A stretch of 64,000 nucleotides of DNA from an uncultured Clostridium sp. Lineage in GTDB: Bacteria; Bacillota; Clostridia; Lachnospirales; Lachnospiraceae. Every line of letters begins with the position of its first letter. The stretch's first letter is position 1. Positions 29,026 through 38,908 of this stretch are shown here, one piece after another. The stretch covers positions 3,277 through 67,276 of the forward strand of contig CAMEFI010000015.1 in NCBI GenBank assembly GCA_945915475.1, read 5' to 3'. The translations under genes and the position numbers were made by a program. The notes beneath the pieces were generated by a model that was given only the letters and a program-made list of their open reading frames with translations, was not told the origin of the DNA and made no database searches.

Positions 29026-29319
29026 ATGATGTTAAAGCTTAACCTTCAGTTATTCGCTCATAAAAAAGGTATGGGTTCTACTAAGAATGGTAGAGACTCA
29101 GAATCCAAGAGACTTGGTGCGAAGAGAGCAGATGGTCAGTTCGTAAAAGCTGGTAATATTTTATATAAGCAGCGCGGAACAAAGATTCATCCGGGTATTA
29201 ATGTAGGCAGAGGCAAAGATGATACTTTGTTTGCTTTAGTAGATGGTGTTGTCCGCTATGAGAGAAAGGGAAGAGATAAGAAACAGGTTTCTATCTACCC
29301 AGTATCCGTTAACGAATAA
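29026..29319 (+). CDS. rpmA: 50S ribosomal protein L27 with N-terminal propeptide
   Basis: [10 protein letters not shown] / [14 protein letters not shown]. The Prp cleavage motif precedes the mature L27 N-terminus. Confidence 0.95.
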   Translation: MMLKLNLQLFAHKKGMGSTKNGRDSESKRLGAKRADGQFVKAGNILYKQRGTKIHPGINVGRGKDDTLFALVDGVVRYERKGRDKKQVSIYPVSVNE

Positions 29320-29332
29320 GGTACATGCAGAT

Positions 29333-29362
29333 AAGGCTGGAGTCAATGCTCCAGCCTTTTTT
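29333..29362 (+). terminator. Rho-independent terminator after rpmA
   Basis: AAGGCTGGAG, a 6-nt loop, CTCCAGCCTT, then a T run. Confidence 0.8.
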
Positions 29363-29372
29363 AGAATAATAG

Positions 29373-30674
<1,302 letters not shown>

Positions 30675-30702
30675 TATGCTATAGGAAAGGCAGGTTTAAG
30701 AT

Positions 30703-30996
30703 ATGACCAGTAAGCAACGTGCTTATTTAAAAGGTCTGGCAATGACAATGGAACCAATTGTCAATGTTGGAAAATCCAGTGTAACGCCAGAATTGATTAT
30801 TTCAATCGATGAAGCGATTGAAAAGAGAGAATTGATTAAAATCAGTGTTTTGAAGAATTGTTTAGATGATCCCAAAATCATTGCACAGACAATTGCAGAA
30901 AGGACCAAATCACAGGTTGTTCAGGTAATTGGTAAGAAAATAGTTTTATATCGCAGAAATAATAAGAAACCGAAAATTGAATTACCAAATTCATAA
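30703..30996 (+). CDS. yhbY: RNA-binding CRM-domain protein YhbY
   Basis: 97 aa, MTSKQRAYLKGLA ... GKKIVLYR pattern. The yhbY-nadD-yqeK-rsfS order is conserved. Confidence 0.88.
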   Translation: MTSKQRAYLKGLAMTMEPIVNVGKSSVTPELIISIDEAIEKRELIKISVLKNCLDDPKIIAQTIAERTKSQVVQVIGKKIVLYRRNNKKPKIELPNS

Positions 30997-31011
30997 TGGA
31001 GGCACGATTTC

Positions 31012-31644
31012 TTGAGACGTATTGGTATTATGGGTGGAACCTTTAACCCGATTCATGAAGGCCACGTTCAGATTGCAAAAAGTGCATATTCGCAATATGG
31101 TTTGGATGAAGTGTGGTTTATGCCAAACCATATACCTGCTTATAAGGATAAAACGGGTATTGCTTCCGGTGCCGACCGGCTTCATATGGTGGAATTAGCA
31201 ATTGAGCATATTCCTTATTTTAAACCAACGGATTTTGAGCTTCGTCGTAAAGGAATCACTTATACATGGGAAACACTCGCTTTATTAAAAGAGGATTACC
31301 CGGAGGATTCCTTTTTCTTCATCATAGGTGCGGATTCCCTGTTTGATTTTGTACACTGGAAACATCCGGATCGGATTGTACGTATGGCAGATATTCTGGT
31401 TGCTATGCGGAATCAATCCACCCAGGAACAATTGGAAGAGACAATTCAGAAGTTAGAAATGCAATATGACTGTTCGTGTTTTCATATTATTCAATGTCCC
31501 ATGATGGATTGTTCTTCTAGTGGAATTCGGAAGGCTATTAAGGCGCAATATAGGGAATCAGGATTAGAACAGGCCTATATGTTATCAAATTATTTGAATA
31601 AGAATGTTCTGGAATATATTAATGTTAAACAATTATATATTTAG
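31012..31644 (+). CDS. nadD: Nicotinate-nucleotide adenylyltransferase
   Basis: GGTFNPIHEGH motif. TTG start after GGAGG. Confidence 0.92.
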   Translation: MRRIGIMGGTFNPIHEGHVQIAKSAYSQYGLDEVWFMPNHIPAYKDKTGIASGADRLHMVELAIEHIPYFKPTDFELRRKGITYTWETLALLKEDYPEDSFFFIIGADSLFDFVHWKHPDRIVRMADILVAMRNQSTQEQLEETIQKLEMQYDCSCFHIIQCPMMDCSSSGIRKAIKAQYRESGLEQAYMLSNYLNKNVLEYINVKQLYI

Positions 31645-31648
31645 TGCG

Positions 31649-31688
31649 AAAAAATGTAGTGGTTTCATTGAAATCTACTACATTTTTT
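31649..31688 (+). terminator. Candidate A/T-flanked hairpin terminator after nadD
   Basis: AAAAAATGTAGT, a 16-nt loop, then ACTACATTTTTT. The stem is AT-rich and overlaps the predicted yqeK promoter. Confidence 0.35.
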
Positions 31689-31696
31689 GTTATAAT
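31668..31696 (+). promoter_or_regulatory. Candidate sigma-A promoter for yqeK-rsfS
   Basis: TTGAAA, a 17-nt spacer, then TATAAT. Confidence 0.45.
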
Positions 31697-31733
31697 ACTG
31701 TATGCTTGATTGAATGGAATAGGAGCTTACAGA

Positions 31734-32303
31734 ATGGACAGATTAGAGATGAGAGAGAAGCTGAAAGACAAGCTTCCTGCCAAGAGGTTTGAACATTCTC
31801 TTGGTGTTGAATATACAGCAGGAACAATGGCATTTATATTTGGAGTTGATTGTGAAAAAGCTTTGATTGCAGGTTTACTTCATGATTGTGCCAAATACGT
31901 ACCAAATGATAAGAAGATTTCCAAATGTGAGAAACGGAAGATTCCTGTTTCAGAATGTGAATATAAGAATCCCGAACTCTTACATGCGAAGTTATCAGCT
32001 GTGTATGCAAAGGAGAAATATGGTATAGAGGATGAAGATATATTATCCGCTATCACCTATCACACAACCGGAAGACCGGCAATGACAACTTTAGAGAAGA
32101 TCATATATATTGCTGATTATATCGAACCGAATCGTACAATGCTTCCGGAGATGGATATGATTCGTAAAGAGGCATATACAGATCTGGATCTATGTTTGTT
32201 GCATATTTTACATAATAGTATTCATTATTTATGCAAGAAAGGTGCAGCTGTAGATCCTATAACAAAAGAAACCTATGAATACTATAGTCAATTGAGAAAA
32301 TAA
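31734..32303 (+). CDS. yqeK: HD-domain bis(5'-nucleosyl)-tetraphosphatase YqeK
   Basis: RFEHSLGV ... LLHDCAK ... HTTG pattern. Start at ATG 31734 after AGGAG. Confidence 0.88.
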   Translation: MDRLEMREKLKDKLPAKRFEHSLGVEYTAGTMAFIFGVDCEKALIAGLLHDCAKYVPNDKKISKCEKRKIPVSECEYKNPELLHAKLSAVYAKEKYGIEDEDILSAITYHTTGRPAMTTLEKIIYIADYIEPNRTMLPEMDMIRKEAYTDLDLCLLHILHNSIHYLCKKGAAVDPITKETYEYYSQLRK

Positions 32304-32354
32304 TATATAACAATCTATTTATGTTACTATTGAGTGGCGAATAAGGAGAACAGA

Positions 32355-32705
32355 ATGACAAGTAATGAGATGGCGAGAATTGCGATTGATGCATTAGAAG
32401 ACAAAAAAGGAAAAGATATCAAAGTGATTGATATTTCCAATGTTTCTGTTATGGCAGATTATTTTATCATCGCAAGTGGAACGAACCGTAATCAGGTTCA
32501 GGCAATGTCCAATAATGTAGAAGAGAAACTACATGAGTATCAGATTCATCCAAGACAGATTGAAGGTTATCAGACTGCCAATTGGATCTTAATGGATTTT
32601 AATGACGTGATTGTTCATATATTTAATGAAGAAGAGCGTTTATTTTATAATCTTGAGAAGATATGGTTAGATGGTACAGTGATAGATGCAAAAGATTTAT
32701 ACTAG
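32355..32705 (+). CDS. rsfS: Ribosome silencing factor RsfS
   Basis: Iojap-like sequence (DYFIIASGTNRNQVQA ... WILMDFNDVIVHIF). Start at ATG 32355 after AAGGAGAA. Confidence 0.9.
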   Translation: MTSNEMARIAIDALEDKKGKDIKVIDISNVSVMADYFIIASGTNRNQVQAMSNNVEEKLHEYQIHPRQIEGYQTANWILMDFNDVIVHIFNEEERLFYNLEKIWLDGTVIDAKDLY

Positions 32706-32774
32706 TGAGAAAGAATTCCATTTTTCATAGGGATATCATGTGGAGAAGAGAATAATTATATTGTTGGGGGATAT

Positions 32775-33962
32775 ATGGATAGAGAATTATTAATTCGAAA
32801 GAATAATCTGGAAGTGAATAAGGTTGCGGCAAAATGTTTGCGTATCACAATATTGTTCCTGATATCATTAGGTATGTTTACAATAACCGACTATTATGAT
32901 TATGATACATTATCTGTTGTCATTATTTTTATGGGAAGTATTATTTTATTATTGATTCCCTCCGTGTTAGTAAATATCATGCATTTAGAGAAGCAGTGGA
33001 TTAAGTATTATGTGATTATGTGTATTATTTCTGTTGTGTTTTTACTGGCAACATTTATTTCCTATGATTTTATTGTGCTTGTTATCCTGCCATTGCTGAT
33101 TGCAACCCTTTATTGTGACCGTAAATTAATTGTTGCGACTACAGTTATTGATTGTTTGTGTGTATTTTTAACAATGATATTACGTTATTTTGTGTTTGGA
33201 GATTATATGGGAGGGGATTATTCTTCTTTCTCTGAAGCATTGATTTATGGAGTTTTTTTAAGAATTGTTCTGGTTTTAGTTACAACTTTGTTTGCTTATT
33301 ATATTGTGGATCGTAACATGGTTATGTTGAACAAGACAATTGAGGCAAACCACGATTTAATACATAGTCAGGAAGAATTAATATATGCTTTTGCTGAGAT
33401 TTCTGAAAGCAAATCTAAAGTTACCGGTGAACATATCCGGCGTGTTGCTGAATATATGAGAGTATTAGGTGAAGCATCCGGATTTACAACAGATTACGTG
33501 GACAAGTTGTCTGTTGCAGCCATGATGCATGATATTGGTAAATTAATGATTCCGGAAGAAATTCTTGATAAACCGGATAAACTGACGGATGAAGAATATG
33601 CGATTATGAAAAACCATGTATTATATGGGGAAGCACTTCTTGCAAAATGTCCCGGAGATATTATGAAGATAGCAAAGACTATTGCATTGCAGCATCATGA
33701 AAGATGGGATGGATCGGGTTATCTGGGTATGAAAGGTGAAGAAATATCTTATATTAGCCGTTTGATGGCTGTATGTGATGTGTTTGATGCATTGACATCT
33801 CAGCGTTATTATAAAGAGGGCTGGTCATTAGAAGACACCTATAATGAAATTGTACGTCAAAGTGGAACACAGTTTGATCCGGACGTAGTGAAACTTTTTG
33901 TGGACAACTTTGATAAATTCAAGCAGATTCTGAAAGCAATGCCAGATCACGAAATATATTAA
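32775..33962 (+). CDS. Membrane-anchored HD-GYP domain protein (putative cyclic-di-GMP phosphodiesterase)
   Basis: About 6 N-terminal TM helices, then HD-GYP motifs (MMHDIGK ... HHERWDGSGYLG). Confidence 0.85.
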   Translation: MDRELLIRKNNLEVNKVAAKCLRITILFLISLGMFTITDYYDYDTLSVVIIFMGSIILLLIPSVLVNIMHLEKQWIKYYVIMCIISVVFLLATFISYDFIVLVILPLLIATLYCDRKLIVATTVIDCLCVFLTMILRYFVFGDYMGGDYSSFSEALIYGVFLRIVLVLVTTLFAYYIVDRNMVMLNKTIEANHDLIHSQEELIYAFAEISESKSKVTGEHIRRVAEYMRVLGEASGFTTDYVDKLSVAAMMHDIGKLMIPEEILDKPDKLTDEEYAIMKNHVLYGEALLAKCPGDIMKIAKTIALQHHERWDGSGYLGMKGEEISYISRLMAVCDVFDALTSQRYYKEGWSLEDTYNEIVRQSGTQFDPDVVKLFVDNFDKFKQILKAMPDHEIY

Positions 33963-33989
33963 TTGTTCAACGGCATGGGAGGAACAAAA

Positions 33990-34319
33990 ATGGTTTCAGT
34001 TATGAATGATTATGTTTCAAAAATACATTTGACAGCAGGAGATGTAACAAAAGGAATTTTGAAAGCGGCTCTTCAGGATATGGACGAGGTTGCCAGGGAT
34101 AGTATTTTAGTGAAGTCGAATCGTTATATTGTGGATGTGAAGCTTAAACAATATTCTATTGAAAAGGCGGTGACCGTTATGAATACATTTATGGAACGGA
34201 CAAGATTTCATTATTCTGCATATTATATCCGGTACAATGAGGGAAATATGGTGAGATATCGTTATGCCACCTGTAAAGAAGACAGAGAGGGTTTCTATTG
34301 TGATGTGATTATTGCGTAG
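33990..34319 (+). CDS. Hypothetical protein
   Basis: 109-aa ORF after GGGAGGAA. No family recognised. Confidence 0.6.
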   Translation: MVSVMNDYVSKIHLTAGDVTKGILKAALQDMDEVARDSILVKSNRYIVDVKLKQYSIEKAVTVMNTFMERTRFHYSAYYIRYNEGNMVRYRYATCKEDREGFYCDVIIA

Positions 34320-34356
34320 ACCGAATTCATAGAGATATTCTATTTTTAATAAAACA

Positions 34357-34406
34357 AAAAGAACAACCAAATGATATATTATATATTATCAATTGGTTGT
34401 TCTTTT
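34357..34406. terminator. Bidirectional terminator hairpin between convergent genes
   Basis: AAAAGAACAACCAA, an AT-rich partly self-complementary loop, then TTGGTTGTTCTTTT. A and T tracts lie on either side. Confidence 0.7.
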
Positions 34407-34476
34407 GTTATACGCACCTTCTTGCAAGCAGGTAAAATTGTCTTCATAATATGATATAATTACGAATGTGTATATA

Positions 34477-35088
34477 TTAGAATGTACGGAATAGACCGAT
34501 TACTTTGCCCAAAATAGACACATCATCTACGATAATAGGATCCATGAAATCATTCTCAGGTTGTAGCTTATAATGTCCATCTTCTTTGAAAAATCGCTTA
34601 ACTGTAGCACTGTCGTCGACTAATGCAACAACAATTTCATTATTATGGGCAGTAGGCTGTTCTTCAACAAGAATTAAATCACCATCATAGATACCTACAT
34701 TGATCATACTTTCGCCTTTTACCTTGAGCATGAAAGTGGTTTTGTTGTGCAGATATTCAGGTGGAACAGGAAAATAACCATCAATATTCTCAACAGCCAA
34801 AATCGGTTCGCCTGCAGTGACCTGTCCAATAATTGGAACATTCACTAATTCTCTACGGGATAATCCAAATGTATCATCTAAAATTTCAATTGTTCTTGGC
34901 TTCGTGGGATCACGACGAATATAACCATTCTTCTCCAAAGTCTCAAGATGAGAGTGGACAGAAGAAGTGGACTTTAACTTAACGGCTTCACAAATCTCAC
35001 GAACAGACGGTGGATAGCCTTTCTGCAATATGTTTTCTTTGATATAATCTAATATCTCTTGTTGTTTGGAACTAATCTTACCAGGCAT
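34477..35088 (-). CDS. lexA: LexA repressor
   Basis: Winged-helix N-domain, AG cleavage site (QVTAGEP), and S24 peptidase Ser/Lys motifs (GESM ... VKR). Confidence 0.95.
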   Translation of the reverse strand: MPGKISSKQQEILDYIKENILQKGYPPSVREICEAVKLKSTSSVHSHLETLEKNGYIRRDPTKPRTIEILDDTFGLSRRELVNVPIIGQVTAGEPILAVENIDGYFPVPPEYLHNKTTFMLKVKGESMINVGIYDGDLILVEEQPTAHNNEIVVALVDDSATVKRFFKEDGHYKLQPENDFMDPIIVDDVSILGKVIGLFRTF

Positions 35089-35197
35089 AAAATCCTCCTT
35101 ATAAATAGATATTCAAATAATTAAAAAATCAATATAAATGTTTATGCAATCTGGTTACATCATAACATATTTCAAGACAAAAAGCAAACAAATATTC

Positions 35198-35237
35198 CGA
35201 ACAAATATTCCGAACAAATATTCCGAACATAATTTCG
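35198..35237. promoter_or_regulatory. Three head-to-tail SOS (Cheo-type) boxes upstream of lexA
   Basis: CGAACAAATATTCC (35198-35211), CGAACAAATATTCC (35211-35224) and CGAACATAATTTCG (35224-35237). Each shares 1 nt with the next. They arise from a 13-bp tandem repeat CAAATATTCCGAA present in three copies (35189-35227). Confidence 0.7.
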
Positions 35238-35246
35238 AAAAAAATA

Positions 35247-35275
35247 TTGACAAACATTTGTTCGTCTGTTAGAAT
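35247..35275 (+). promoter_or_regulatory. Promoter of the yneA-like gene with an embedded SOS box
   Basis: TTGACA (35247-35252), a 17-nt spacer, then TAGAAT (35270-35275). The spacer contains CAAACATTTGTTCG (35251-35264). Confidence 0.6.
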
Positions 35276-35283
35276 ACAGAAAA

Positions 35284-35297
35284 CGAACAAATATTCG
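35284..35297. promoter_or_regulatory. SOS box just downstream of the yneA-like promoter
   Basis: CGAACAAATATTCG matches the CGAAC-N4-GTTCG type consensus at 9 of 10 specified positions. Confidence 0.65.
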
Positions 35298-35321
35298 AAT
35301 GATATAAAGGAGAGGATAAGT

Positions 35322-35666
35322 ATGATGACTAGAGATAAGAATAATATTTTATATAACAACAGAAAGATTAACAATAATAGTATTATGTTTACTATTATAA
35401 TTATTATAGCATTATGTTTTTCTATTTTAGGTGGTATGCGCTTAGTTCAAGCTGATGAGAGCGTAGAATATGAGAAGAATTTTTATGCAATAGAAGTGCA
35501 GACAGGAGACACTTTAACTTCTATTGCACAGGAATATGCTCAGTCAAAAGCAGATTATCAAGATTATATGGAAGAGGTAATTGAGATCAATCAGTTGAAG
35601 GATGATAAGATTCATGCAGGATGTTATTTGATGATTCCTGTTTACACGGAAGTATCTTCAAAGTAG
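35322..35666 (+). CDS. YneA-like SOS cell-division inhibitor candidate (TM helix plus LysM domain)
   Basis: Divergent from lexA and behind SOS boxes. Has a TM segment (IMFTIIIIIALCFSILGG) and a LysM-like segment (YAIEVQTGDTLTSIAQEY). AAGGAGAGG RBS before ATG 35322. Confidence 0.7.
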   Translation: MMTRDKNNILYNNRKINNNSIMFTIIIIIALCFSILGGMRLVQADESVEYEKNFYAIEVQTGDTLTSIAQEYAQSKADYQDYMEEVIEINQLKDDKIHAGCYLMIPVYTEVSSK

Positions 35667-36364
35667 TGTAATAGAGCACTGTTTAGATTTTTTTGTATAT
35701 CCGGGAATTCATTTTTTGATTTCTGCAAGAATTCCTTAATTTCCTGACGTTTTGTATTCCCATCTGCCGGACATGGATTGGTCATAACAGGAATTTTGTT
35801 CTTGTATGTATATCCTTTAATTTCTTTTTCTTCAATATATAACATTGGTCTTATTAATGTTAATTCTGTACGATCCAGATGTGTTACCGGAGGAAAGCAA
35901 TAATATTGTCCTTCAAAAAATAGTGACATAATACTTGTTTCTATAAAATCATTTTTGTTATGCGCATATGCGATTTTATTACATCCTAAAGATAGAGCCA
36001 TATCATTTAAAGCACCCTTACGCATTTTAGCACATAAGGAACATGGATTCTTTTCTTTGCGTTTTTCAAAGATAATTGGATAGATTTGTGTACGAATAGC
36101 ATGAAATGGCACATCTAGGGAATTACAATATTGTTCCATGATGGGTATTACCTTATCAGCATTTGAACCAATCCCCAGATCCACATAGATTGCCATAAGA
36201 TTATATTGTTCAGGATAAAATGTCTGTAATTTTTTTAAACCATATAGAAGTGTCATGCTGTCTTTTCCACCTGATAAACCAACAGCAATTGTGTCACCGG
36301 ACTGAATCATTTGATATTTTTGTATACATTGTCTTAGATAGCTTAGTAATTTCTGAGTATCCAT
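35642..36364 (-). CDS. ttcA: PP-loop ATPase, TtcA-like tRNA 2-thiocytidine synthetase family
   Basis: SGGKDS PP-loop and Cys motifs (CSLC, NPCP). Start taken at Met35 of the tracked ORF (ATG at 36364, AAAGGA upstream). Confidence 0.75.
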   Translation of the reverse strand: MDTQKLLSYLRQCIQKYQMIQSGDTIAVGLSGGKDSMTLLYGLKKLQTFYPEQYNLMAIYVDLGIGSNADKVIPIMEQYCNSLDVPFHAIRTQIYPIIFEKRKEKNPCSLCAKMRKGALNDMALSLGCNKIAYAHNKNDFIETSIMSLFFEGQYYCFPPVTHLDRTELTLIRPMLYIEEKEIKGYTYKNKIPVMTNPCPADGNTKRQEIKEFLQKSKNEFPDIQKNLNSALLHYFEDTSV

Positions 36365-36629
36365 ATCATAGAATCCTTTCTTATTCTGATTGGTACAATA
36401 TAAAAGCCGTTTTTTAGCCTTTTTAGTATATTTCCCTGTTATTATTTTATTGGTAAAGTATATCACATAATATGATTATAGGATAGCCTGTAAAAAAAGA
36501 TTGCAATATGCAAAGAAGAGTGTTAATATATATCTAAGCCGCTATAACTATTCGCAAAACCCAGGTTTAACGAAAAGTTGAACTCACTTTTGCCTAAGTT
36601 GCTTTTCACACATATTATATGATCTGATT

Positions 36630-37709
36630 TTGAAAGGATGTGTTTTTTTGGCAGACAAGACTTACCACCAGGAGGAAGCAATTCATAATGTATTGTTGAT
36701 GCGAGACGTATTAAGTGGGCTTCCTAAATATGTATCGAACTATTTTCGTGCAATTGAATATTCTAAGGCTCCAAGAACTCGTCTTGGTTATGCTCGTGAT
36801 CTTAAGACATTTTTTGAGTTTCTAATTGCCTCAAATCCAGCTTTGAAGGACTTATCCCCTAGGGAAATTCCTATTTCTGTTATCGAACAGATTCAGGCTG
36901 AAGATATTGAGGAATATATGGATTACCTTAAAGTATATAAAAAGGATGGTCATCAATATACAAACAATGAACGGGCTTTAAAACGCAAATTGACAGCTTT
37001 GAGGATGTTTTTTGCATATTTATATAAGAATGGACAAATTCAGTCTAATCCGGCTCTTTTGGTTGATATGCCTAAAATACATGATAAGGCTATTGTTCGT
37101 ATGGATGCAAATGAGGTAGCACAGTTTTTAGATAACGTGGAATATGGTAATAAATTATCAGATCATCAACATGCTTATCATGAAAAAAATAAGAAACGAG
37201 ATTTGGCATTACTAACTTTGATGCTTGGAACCGGTATTCGTGTTTCGGAATGTGTTGGACTTGATATCAATGATGTAGATTTCGATTATGATCGAATCAA
37301 AGTGGTTCGTAAAGGCGGTTATGAATCATATGTGTATTTTGGTCAGGAAGCACGTGATGCATTATTGGATTATTTAGAAGAAAGAAAGGACATTGTAACT
37401 TGTGAAGGTCATGAAAATGCTCTGTTTTTGAGTTCTCAGAGAAAGCGTATTTCTGTTCGAAGTGTTGAAAATATGGTTAAGAAATATGCATCCATTACAA
37501 CACCTCTTAAGAAAATTACACCACATAAGTTACGTAGTACATATGGTACATCTTTATATCAACAGACATCCGATATATATCTTGTCGCAGATGTACTTGG
37601 ACACAAAGATGTCAATACAACTAAGAAACATTACGCAGATATTGATGATTGGCAAAGAATGAAAGCTAAAGATGCTGTTACTTTACGGGAGAAGCCAGAT
37701 CAATCATAA
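36630..37709 (+). CDS. Tyrosine recombinase, XerC/XerD family
   Basis: SAM-like N-domain and catalytic residues (TGIRVSE ... HKLRST ... LGHKDVNTTKKHY). The start is uncertain (TTG 36630 or TTG 36648). Confidence 0.85.
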   Translation: MKGCVFLADKTYHQEEAIHNVLLMRDVLSGLPKYVSNYFRAIEYSKAPRTRLGYARDLKTFFEFLIASNPALKDLSPREIPISVIEQIQAEDIEEYMDYLKVYKKDGHQYTNNERALKRKLTALRMFFAYLYKNGQIQSNPALLVDMPKIHDKAIVRMDANEVAQFLDNVEYGNKLSDHQHAYHEKNKKRDLALLTLMLGTGIRVSECVGLDINDVDFDYDRIKVVRKGGYESYVYFGQEARDALLDYLEERKDIVTCEGHENALFLSSQRKRISVRSVENMVKKYASITTPLKKITPHKLRSTYGTSLYQQTSDIYLVADVLGHKDVNTTKKHYADIDDWQRMKAKDAVTLREKPDQS

Positions 37710-37718
37710 ATACATTAA

Positions 37719-38639
37719 TTATGTGGTTGTATTTCGTAGTTTATTTAATAGATTTACGAAATATTCCGGTAACTCTGAATCAAATTCTATATATTGATTG
37801 GTATCCGGATGTATGAAGCCTAATGTCTTAGCATGTAAAGTTTGTCCTTCTAACCCTTTTATTTTCGTATTCTTAGGTCCATAGATGTCATCTCCAAGTA
37901 AAGGATGTCCGATAGAAGCCATATGAACGCGAATTTGGTGAGTCCGACCCGTTTCTAATGTACATTCAATATAAGAATAATGTTTGAATTGTTCAATTAT
38001 GCGATAATGTGTAATGGCTTCTCTTCCATTTTTATGATTAATAGCCATCTTTTTACGGTCAACCGGATGTCTTCCAATGGGAGCATTGATGGTTCCTGTT
38101 AATTTTTTAAATGTTCCATGACAGATAGCATGATATTTTCGTGTGATAGAATGTTCTTTTAGTTGTTCCGCTAAGAGTTTATGGGCATGATCATTTTTGC
38201 AGATGACTAGAATTCCGGTTGTATTCTGATCAATTCTGTGTACAATTCCCGGACGGATTACACCATTGATTGAAGATAAAGAATTTTTACAATGATATAG
38301 CAAAGCATTCACTAATGTTCCTGATTGATGTCCGGCAGCCGGATGGACTACCATGTGTTTTGGCTTGTTAACAATGATGATAGAATCATCTTCATATAGT
38401 ATATCCAAGGGAATATTCTCAGCAACAACATCTAATTCTTTTGCTTCTTCTACGAATACATATATTGTATCATTGTATTTGCATTTATAGTTTGACTTGC
38501 AGGATTTGCCATTAACAGTAACACATTCTCCCTGAATGAGCTGTTGAATATAAGAACGGGATAAGTCAGGAATCATATGGTTGATATATTTATCTATACG
38601 TTCTGGTGGATAATTGGGATATTTGAATGTGTAATCCAT
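37719..38639 (-). CDS. rluD: 23S rRNA pseudouridine synthase, RluD/RluA family
   Basis: S4 domain, and the HRIDQNTTG catalytic motif. Start at ATG 38639 after AAGGAGAG; the tracked ORF begins 21 nt earlier. Confidence 0.9.
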   Translation of the reverse strand: MDYTFKYPNYPPERIDKYINHMIPDLSRSYIQQLIQGECVTVNGKSCKSNYKCKYNDTIYVFVEEAKELDVVAENIPLDILYEDDSIIIVNKPKHMVVHPAAGHQSGTLVNALLYHCKNSLSSINGVIRPGIVHRIDQNTTGILVICKNDHAHKLLAEQLKEHSITRKYHAICHGTFKKLTGTINAPIGRHPVDRKKMAINHKNGREAITHYRIIEQFKHYSYIECTLETGRTHQIRVHMASIGHPLLGDDIYGPKNTKIKGLEGQTLHAKTLGFIHPDTNQYIEFDSELPEYFVNLLNKLRNTTT

Positions 38640-38699
38640 AAATGAACTCTCCTTATACAAGTACGAATTTGTTAACTTTCAAAAATCTAGGTATGCTTA

Positions 38700-38908
38700 T
38701 AGGCGTTTGCAAAATGCCTGTTTATTCTATAAACGTTGTGCAATTTGACAATATCCTCACAGGCACGCTTGCGCTGCTCTCGCCTCGCAGCGGTACTAAA
38801 CTCGTGTTTTACACTCGTTAAGTACCGGCGGTCTCAAAGCACCTGCTTAGGATACTTGTCAAATCTGCACAACTCAATATGCATTTTCAAGAGTTTCGCA
38901 ATTGCCTA
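38700..38908 (+). mobile_element. MITE-like inverted-repeat element, copy 3 of 4
   Basis: 209 bp. Termini are TAGGCGTTTGCAAAATGCCTG ... CAAGAGTTTCGCAATTGCCTA. A perfect direct repeat GGTATGCTTA flanks it at 38690-38699 and 38909-38918. If the shared CTA and T are counted, it extends to CTAGGTATGCTTAT. Confidence 0.9.

Noticed and set aside
36467-36629. Possible dif site or att site next to the Xer-family recombinase gene.
   Set aside because: The best candidates (for example CACATATTATATGATCTG) match the Firmicutes dif consensus poorly, and no 11-6-11 architecture is evident.
36630-37709. Tyrosine recombinase as the integrase of a prophage or genomic island.
   Set aside because: There are no phage or cargo genes, no flanking tRNA, and no direct repeats. 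The neighbours are housekeeping genes, so a chromosomal Xer-like role is more likely.
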